Assembly (NCBI GenBank): GCA_028278325.1
Contig: JANQEO010000039.1
Coordinates: 52,255 to 116,254 of the forward strand
Reading direction: 5' to 3'
Length of the DNA stretch: 64,000 nt
DNA from: Candidatus Binatia bacterium
GTDB taxonomy: Bacteria > Desulfobacterota > Binatia > UBA1149 > JAJCZL01
Within the stretch, counting starts at the first letter, position 1, and each line of letters opens with the position of its first letter. The notes under the pieces were generated by a model, which did no database searches, had not been told where the DNA came from, and was given only the letters and a program-made list of their open reading frames with translations. Positions 58,944-64,000 of the stretch are shown piece after piece. Made by a program: the position numbers and the translations under genes.

Positions 58944-59588
58944 ATGCAAGCGATCCTCTTCGATCTCGACGGCACTCTTCTCGATACCCTGGATGATCTT
59001 GCATCCTCGATGAACGCCGTACTGACGGCTCGTGGCCTGCCCCTGCACGACAACGAATCATACAAGTACTTCGTCGGTGATGGTGTCGAGAACCTGGTGC
59101 TGCGCTCACTTCCCAAAGAGCTACGCCGCGAGCCGATGTTGAGCGAGTGTATCGCGGAGATGCGAGCGGAGTACTCGCGGCGGTGGAATCACAGCAGCCG
59201 TCCCTATCAGGGCATACCCGAGCTGCTCGCCGCCTTGACGTCGAGAGGTATGTCCACGGCGGTGCTTTCCAACAAGCCTCAGCCGATGACGGATCTCTGC
59301 GTCACGAACCTCCTGGCCGGACATAACTTCGCCGCCGTCAGGGGCGCGAGGCCCGGCGTTGCCAAGAAGCCCGATCCGGCCGCTGCGCTCGAGATCGCAT
59401 CAGAAGTTGGGGTCGCGCCTGCGAATTGGCTCTACGTCGGCGACACTGCCACCGACATGAAGACGGCGGTTGCCGCCGGCATGCGGCCTATCGGTGTGCT
59501 GTGGGGCTTCCGTGATGCTGCCGAGCTGTGCGACGGCGGCGCCGAGAGCCTGATCGCACGGCCCTCCGAGCTGCTCGAACTACTCTGA
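58944..59588 (+). CDS. HAD-superfamily hydrolase, phosphoglycolate phosphatase-like
   Basis: I chose ATG 58944, giving MQAILFDLDGTLLDT (HAD motif I). LSNKP is motif II and YVGDTATDM is motif IV. The ORF-track start 58809 overlaps frmA. Confidence 0.8.
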   Translation: MQAILFDLDGTLLDTLDDLASSMNAVLTARGLPLHDNESYKYFVGDGVENLVLRSLPKELRREPMLSECIAEMRAEYSRRWNHSSRPYQGIPELLAALTSRGMSTAVLSNKPQPMTDLCVTNLLAGHNFAAVRGARPGVAKKPDPAAALEIASEVGVAPANWLYVGDTATDMKTAVAAGMRPIGVLWGFRDAAELCDGGAESLIARPSELLELL

Positions 59589-59616
59589 GCCGGCCTACTG
59601 AAGCGCGGCCTCCGTC

Positions 59617-60792
59617 ATGCTAATCTGTTGCGGTGGCTGGAAGAGGAGGCCAGGGGTGGAACTCAACATCGCATTGCTGACCGGTGCGGTCGTCGCCCAG
59701 TTCGTGGCGATCGCGTTTTCCTTCAGGTTGTTTCGCGGGCTCGGTTTCAATTGGGGATGGGTGTTCATCGCCTGCGCGGTGGCTTATGTGGCCGGTGGCT
59801 ATGCCGGGACTTTGGCCAAGGTCGTGTCGGGTGTAGGCGCTGCGCCTCACGACACCGCTACCGCTGCCGGCGTCTTCGTTAGCTCGATTTTCCTGGCCGT
59901 CGGCATAGGGCTGCTCGGACCGCTTCTCGGTAGCCAGAGCGCGGCGGCGAAGGCCATCGTGTTCCCTACTCTGGAGCCCTCGGCGGATCCGTTGCCCGCA
60001 GCTCCATCGCTTCAACACAAGACCGCTACGGCGCCGGTACCGGAGGATCCCGAAAGTGAGGGCGACCACGTGTTTGCCAATGTCGTCAAGGAGTTCCACG
60101 AGCCCCTGGATGAGATGGTAGGCAACATTGGCGAGCTGCTGGAGACCGAGTTGAGCGTGATGCAGCGTGAGCGTCTCGAGGCCATCAAGAAGGCGGCCGC
60201 CTCACTCTCACGCCTGGCCGGAAGCGCCGAGGAGCTGTCAGAGGCCGAGGCGGGCGAGGATGAGCTCGAGATATCGGCCTGGGACATGCACGCGATCTTC
60301 GGCGAGATCATGAAGGAGATGTCGCCGCGGGCTGCGGAGAAGGGCCTACACATAGGTTACTCGATCGCGCCCGGCATCCCCGAGACCGTCTACGGCGACA
60401 AGGGACGGCTGCGCCGCGTGCTCCTCAACCTGTTGGGCAATGCGTGCAAGTTCACCGACAAGGGGGAGATCACCGTCCGTGCCTGCAAACAGGTCGAAGA
60501 CAACAACGACAGCATGATGCTGCGCTTCGACATCATCGATACCGGCAGCGGGATCGGTCCGGCCGCGGTAAAGTCGGTCTTCGAGCCTTTCGGCGGCAAT
60601 GGCGGCTCGGGTGTGGGCCTGGCCGTTTGCAAGAAACTGGTCGAGTCCATGGACGGACGCATCGCCGTGGAGAGCACGCCCGGTAAGGGTTCGAACTTCT
60701 GGTTCACGGTCAGGGTGGGCAAGACTGCCCCTGCAGAGGATACGGCCGAGAAGTCATCGAACGCCGGCAACGCAGCGACGGCGACAGCCTGA
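59617..60792 (+). CDS. membrane sensor histidine kinase (orphan, no adjacent response regulator)
   Basis: 3-4 N-terminal TM helices. H-box-like FANVVKEFHEPLDEM, N-box LLNLLGNACKFT, G1 DTGSGIG and G2 GGSGVGLAVCKKLVE. Confidence 0.8.
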   Translation: MLICCGGWKRRPGVELNIALLTGAVVAQFVAIAFSFRLFRGLGFNWGWVFIACAVAYVAGGYAGTLAKVVSGVGAAPHDTATAAGVFVSSIFLAVGIGLLGPLLGSQSAAAKAIVFPTLEPSADPLPAAPSLQHKTATAPVPEDPESEGDHVFANVVKEFHEPLDEMVGNIGELLETELSVMQRERLEAIKKAAASLSRLAGSAEELSEAEAGEDELEISAWDMHAIFGEIMKEMSPRAAEKGLHIGYSIAPGIPETVYGDKGRLRRVLLNLLGNACKFTDKGEITVRACKQVEDNNDSMMLRFDIIDTGSGIGPAAVKSVFEPFGGNGGSGVGLAVCKKLVESMDGRIAVESTPGKGSNFWFTVRVGKTAPAEDTAEKSSNAGNAATATA

Positions 60793-60809
60793 GCCCTAGA
60801 GCACCCGCC

Positions 60810-60843
60810 AAAGAAAAACGGCCCGCGCTTGCGCACGGGCCGT
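60810..60843 (-). terminator. intrinsic terminator downstream of the thiolase gene (may also serve the convergent kinase gene)
   Basis: ACGGCCCG-(10 nt)-CGGGCCGT, an 8-bp stem at 60818..60843. It is preceded on the plus strand by AAAGAAAA, which reads as TTTTCTTT after the hairpin on the minus strand. Confidence 0.6.
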
Positions 60844-60882
60844 TCGTCTAGAGTCGGTCTTCAGTCGAGAGCCAGGCAGCCG

Positions 60883-62082
60883 TCAGGCAGCCAGCTCTGC
60901 TTTCTTGTACATGGTCACGACGGCAGCGCCGCCGAGACCGAGGTTGTGTTGAAGCGCGACCTTGGCTCCTTCGACCTGGCGCTTGTCGGCCTGGCCGCGG
61001 ATCTGCCAGTTCAGTTCCGCGCACTGGGCCAGCCCTGTGGCTCCCAGGGGATGGCCCTTGGAGATCAGTCCGCCCGAAGGATTGACCACCCACTTGCCGC
61101 CGTAGGTCACCGCTCCCGAGTCGATCAACTCGCCGCCCTTGCCTTCTTCGGCCAGGCCCAGGCCTTCGTAGGTGATCAGCTCGTTGCAAGAGAAGCAGTC
61201 GTGAAGCTCGACGACGTCGACGTCTTCCGGTCCCAAGCCGCTTTGCTCGTAGACTTCGTTGGCCGCCTTCTTGGTCATGTCGGCTCCGACTATCTTTATG
61301 CAGCTACGTTCGTCGAAGGTGCTGTTCATGTCGGTGGTCATCGACATTCCCGCGATCTCCACCGCCTTGTCCTGCAGTCCGTGTTTCTTGACGAACTCTT
61401 CGGTCGCGAGGATTGCGGCGCCGGCACCGTCGGAGGTCGGGCAGCATTGCAGCTTGGTCAAGGGTGCGAACACCATTGGTGAAGCGAGGATGTCCTCGAG
61501 GGAGTACTCGTCCTGGAATTGTGAGTAGGGATTGTTGACCGAGTGCTTGTGGTTCTTGTAACCGATCTTGGCGAATTGCTCGGCTGTGGTCCCGTACTTT
61601 TCCATGTGCTCGCGGCCGGCGTTACCGAACATCTGCGGCGCGCCCGGCGCCTGCTCCAAGCCACGAAGCTCGACCATGAGGCCGAAGTGCTTGTCCATCG
61701 GGTTGATGCGGTCGTTGAACTTGACGCCGAGAGAGCCCTTCTCCATCTTCTCGAAGCCCAGAGCCAAAGCGCACTCGGCCAGGCCGCCCTCTACGAACTG
61801 CTTGGCCATGAACAGAGCCGTCGATCCCGTCGAGCAGTTGTTGTTGACGTTGTAGACGGGGATCCCGGTGGTGCCGAGTTCGTAGACCGCGCGTTGCCCG
61901 GCCGTCGAATCACCGTAGCAATAGCCGACCGCCGCCTGTTCGACTTCCTCGAAAGAGATGCCGGCATCTTCCAGAGCCTTGTTGCCCGCCTCCCGGGCCA
62001 TGTCCGGGTAATCCCAGGCTTTGCTCCCGGGCTTCTCGAACTTGGTCATGCCGACGCCGACTACGTAAACCTTTTTTCCCAT
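60883..62082 (-). CDS. SCPx/SCP2-type thiolase (thiolase-like, nonspecific lipid-transfer-protein family)
   Basis: [19 protein letters not shown].., [13 protein letters not shown] (active-site Cys) and [17 protein letters not shown] are typical of SCP2-thiolases. Confidence 0.85.
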   Translation of the reverse strand: MGKKVYVVGVGMTKFEKPGSKAWDYPDMAREAGNKALEDAGISFEEVEQAAVGYCYGDSTAGQRAVYELGTTGIPVYNVNNNCSTGSTALFMAKQFVEGGLAECALALGFEKMEKGSLGVKFNDRINPMDKHFGLMVELRGLEQAPGAPQMFGNAGREHMEKYGTTAEQFAKIGYKNHKHSVNNPYSQFQDEYSLEDILASPMVFAPLTKLQCCPTSDGAGAAILATEEFVKKHGLQDKAVEIAGMSMTTDMNSTFDERSCIKIVGADMTKKAANEVYEQSGLGPEDVDVVELHDCFSCNELITYEGLGLAEEGKGGELIDSGAVTYGGKWVVNPSGGLISKGHPLGATGLAQCAELNWQIRGQADKRQVEGAKVALQHNLGLGGAAVVTMYKKAELAA

Positions 62083-62177
62083 GAGACCTTAATCCTCCCT
62101 TTCGGTTGCACGGTCTTGCAATTCTGTATATCCGCGACCGCCCGCAGAAGCCAGCCGCGCAGCCGAGGCGGGGTTGC

Positions 62178-62963
62178 TCAGTCGTCAGCCTGTGCCGGGG
62201 CGATCATGGCTGCGAGCTCGATGTAGATGTCGTCGCGCATCTTGTTGCTGACCTGATGGCCTACGCCGGGGTAGACGTAGAGTTCGGTCTTGATGCCTTT
62301 CGCGCTCAGGGCGTTTACGGACCGGCGGATGCCCTCAGGGCCGAAGATGGGATCGGCTCCGCCATGGAGGGCGACCATGCGGGGCCGCGGGAGCTTAGCG
62401 GGCTGCAGCTCGTCGAGCATGGACTGCGGAATCATCCCGGCCAAGGGAATGGCGCCGCCGATGGATTCGGAATGTTCGAGAGCAAGCGCGAAGCTGAGCA
62501 TGCCCCCTTGAGAAAAGCCTGTCACGATCGGCTTGCCCGTAGTCGGGCGTAGGCCGGAGACGACCTCCACGAACTTGGCCAGCCGGCCCGCCGCTTCTCG
62601 TAACTGCGCGGTACGGTCCGTGCCTGCCGCCATCGCGAACCAGGAATATCCTTCGCCGTGTTCCATGGGGCCGCGCGGCAACAGGATGCGGGTGGCTTCG
62701 GGAAAGTTCTCGAACAAGGGAGCGAAATTCTCCGGGGTGGCGCCCAGACCGTGGATGGCCACCACCATGGGCAGCTCGGTTTCTGCCGGGGCGCCTGCCG
62801 TCACCAGCTCGAGGTACTCCAGACCCGGATCGGGGCCCGGTGCAGTCGCCGACTGACAGGAAACCGCTGCGGCCGCCAGTACCGCGGCAAGAAGAAGTCT
62901 CGGATCGAAACGCTCGAAGCGACGGATGATCAGTCTTCGTCGTCGCTTTCGTGGAGTCCGCAT
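62178..62963 (-). CDS. lipoprotein carboxylesterase/phospholipase-family alpha/beta hydrolase
   Basis: I chose ATG 62963 ([24 protein letters not shown] lipobox), which overlaps the cysH 3' end by 34 nt, so the start is uncertain. Motifs: [14 protein letters not shown], the GFSQGGMLS nucleophile elbow, ALHGGADP and GVGHQV. Confidence 0.7.
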   Translation of the reverse strand: MRTPRKRRRRLIIRRFERFDPRLLLAAVLAAAAVSCQSATAPGPDPGLEYLELVTAGAPAETELPMVVAIHGLGATPENFAPLFENFPEATRILLPRGPMEHGEGYSWFAMAAGTDRTAQLREAAGRLAKFVEVVSGLRPTTGKPIVTGFSQGGMLSFALALEHSESIGGAIPLAGMIPQSMLDELQPAKLPRPRMVALHGGADPIFGPEGIRRSVNALSAKGIKTELYVYPGVGHQVSNKMRDDIYIELAAMIAPAQADD

Positions 62964-63670
62964 TCTCGCTTGAGGCCGAAGAACCGAACCTCGTCCTCGG
63001 TCATGCCTTCGGTAAGCTTGTGCGATGTGTGGATATCGCCGATCGACGTATAGCCTTCGATCCACAGCGGATGGTAGGGCAGGTCGTGCTCGGTGAGATA
63101 GTTGAACACGTTGAGGTCTTGCCAATCGATGATGGGCAGCACTTTGAGACGTCCGTCTTGCATGCCGACTACGTTGAGGTCACGCCGCGTGCTTGCCTGG
63201 TCGCGCCTCAAGCCGGCGATCCAGCCTCGAGCGTTCAACTCGGACAGGGCACGCTTCATGGGCTCGACCTTGTTCACGCGGTTGTATTCGTTGATGCCCT
63301 CCAGGCCTTGTTCCCATAGCTTGCCGTATCGGGCTTCCTGCCAAGCGGCTGATACTTGGGGGTTGTAGACCTTGAGGTTGAGGGAAAGACGGTCGGTAAG
63401 CTCGTCGATGAAGTTATAGGTCTCGGGGAACAGGTAGCCCGTGTCCACCAGCACCACCGGGATCTCGGGCCAGGCCCGCGAGCACATGTGCAACAGCACG
63501 GCCGCCTGGGCTCCGAAGCTCGACGACAGCACTAGGTTGGGCTTGAGCAGATCCAGCGCGAAATCGATCCGCTCCTGGGCCGTCTTCTTCTCGAGCTCCG
63601 CGTTGGCGGCATCCAGATCGATGCTGGACCGGTCGAAGAGTTCGGCTGTGGCTTGTCCGGTGGAGGGCAC
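62930..63670 (-). CDS. cysH: phosphoadenosine 5'-phosphosulfate (PAPS) reductase
   Basis: Strongly colinear with E. coli CysH ([57 protein letters not shown]). It lacks the CC..CxxC Fe-S motif of APS reductases. Confidence 0.95.
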   Translation of the reverse strand: MPSTGQATAELFDRSSIDLDAANAELEKKTAQERIDFALDLLKPNLVLSSSFGAQAAVLLHMCSRAWPEIPVVLVDTGYLFPETYNFIDELTDRLSLNLKVYNPQVSAAWQEARYGKLWEQGLEGINEYNRVNKVEPMKRALSELNARGWIAGLRRDQASTRRDLNVVGMQDGRLKVLPIIDWQDLNVFNYLTEHDLPYHPLWIEGYTSIGDIHTSHKLTEGMTEDEVRFFGLKRECGLHESDDED

Positions 63671-63730
63671 GATCCGCTACCATATTGAGACCGCCTGATG
63701 TGTCAACGGCGCGACCCAAAACCCATTATA

Positions 63731-64000
63731 TTACGGTAAGTTCCCGCTCACACCCGCAATCTCGGTCAGGGGGGCCGGCGGTACCGACAGCGCATCCGGG
63801 TCGATGAAGCGCAGCCTGTCGGCGACAAGGCGCAGATTGCGGTTCACGGTGCCTCGTACTCTGACCCTCGTGTTCAGGCCGATGTCGCCGGCCGTCCCGT
63901 CGACCAGAATCGTGCCCGGATTGATGCGCACGGGCACGATGCCGTCGACGGTGAAGCGGCCGGGACCGTCGACCGACGTGATGATGCCGTCGATCTTGAG
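63731..64000 (-). CDS. hypothetical protein, C-terminal part (5' end outside window); DUF5666-like beta repeats (tentative)
   Basis: The frame stays open to the window edge (..LKIDGIITSVDGPGRFTVDGIVPVRINPGTILVDG..VRVRGTV..). The ORF-track M is an internal GTG. Confidence 0.45.
   Translation of the reverse strand, partial: LKIDGIITSVDGPGRFTVDGIVPVRINPGTILVDGTAGDIGLNTRVRVRGTVNRNLRLVADRLRFIDPDALSVPPAPLTEIAGVSGNLP

Noticed and set aside
1-64000. Search by eye for tRNA/rRNA genes, transposases or integrases, prophage genes, toxin-antitoxin pairs, CRISPR-Cas, restriction-modification or other named defence systems.
   Set aside because: I recognised none. All long ORFs are accounted for by the metabolic, envelope or secreted proteins listed. 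Short spacers lack tRNA-like GGTTCGAATCC-type T-arm signatures. A tRNAscan/Infernal and defence-finder run would be needed to exclude small or divergent elements.

Overview
High-GC (about 60-65% by eye) chromosomal window from a Gram-negative bacterium. The CysH and PlsB products look E. coli-like, so Proteobacteria sensu lato is my guess, but I cannot place it more precisely. I support 47 protein-coding genes (2 cut by the window edges), with tight packing and many overlapping or abutting gene ends. By eye I found no rRNA, tRNA, CRISPR array, transposase, integrase or recognisable defence system. Layout: (i) 1-4.3 kb, a translationally coupled set of membrane protein, LarA-like, FAD-linked oxidase and RmlD-like reductase genes. 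(ii) 4.3-12.8 kb, glycan or envelope modification genes: a sulfatase-like enzyme with Thr at the nucleophile position, a large polytopic membrane protein, Gmd, an SGNH hydrolase and an AT3 acyltransferase. (iii) 12.7-24.6 kb, housekeeping genes: heterodimeric ABC exporter, aminopeptidase-like lipoprotein, class I FBP aldolase, citrate synthase, TetR, BNR protein and FBPase. (iv) 24.7-53.1 kb, the most unusual part. Here dtd, trmL, bcp and a diiron-protein operon are interleaved with about ten large secreted mosaic proteins. These are haem c proteins with 5, 1 and 2 CXXCH motifs, parallel beta-helix proteins, tandem pectin-acetylesterase/Notum-like hydrolases, a cohesin-like plus dockerin protein, and two roughly 1000-aa Cys-rich repeat proteins. 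They reuse a small set of modules, including a Lys-rich, Cys-framed helical domain I cannot assign to a named family. (v) 53.1-64 kb, housekeeping genes again: plsB, class III ADH, HAD phosphatase, orphan histidine kinase, SCPx-type thiolase, carboxylesterase and cysH. My best candidates for something undescribed are the module-sharing secretome (especially the beta-helix / pentahaem / monohaem operon at 26.5-32.3 kb) and the SCP2 plus active/degenerate diiron-protein operon at 39.8-42.6 kb. All family assignments come from motif recognition by eye and need HMM or structure confirmation.
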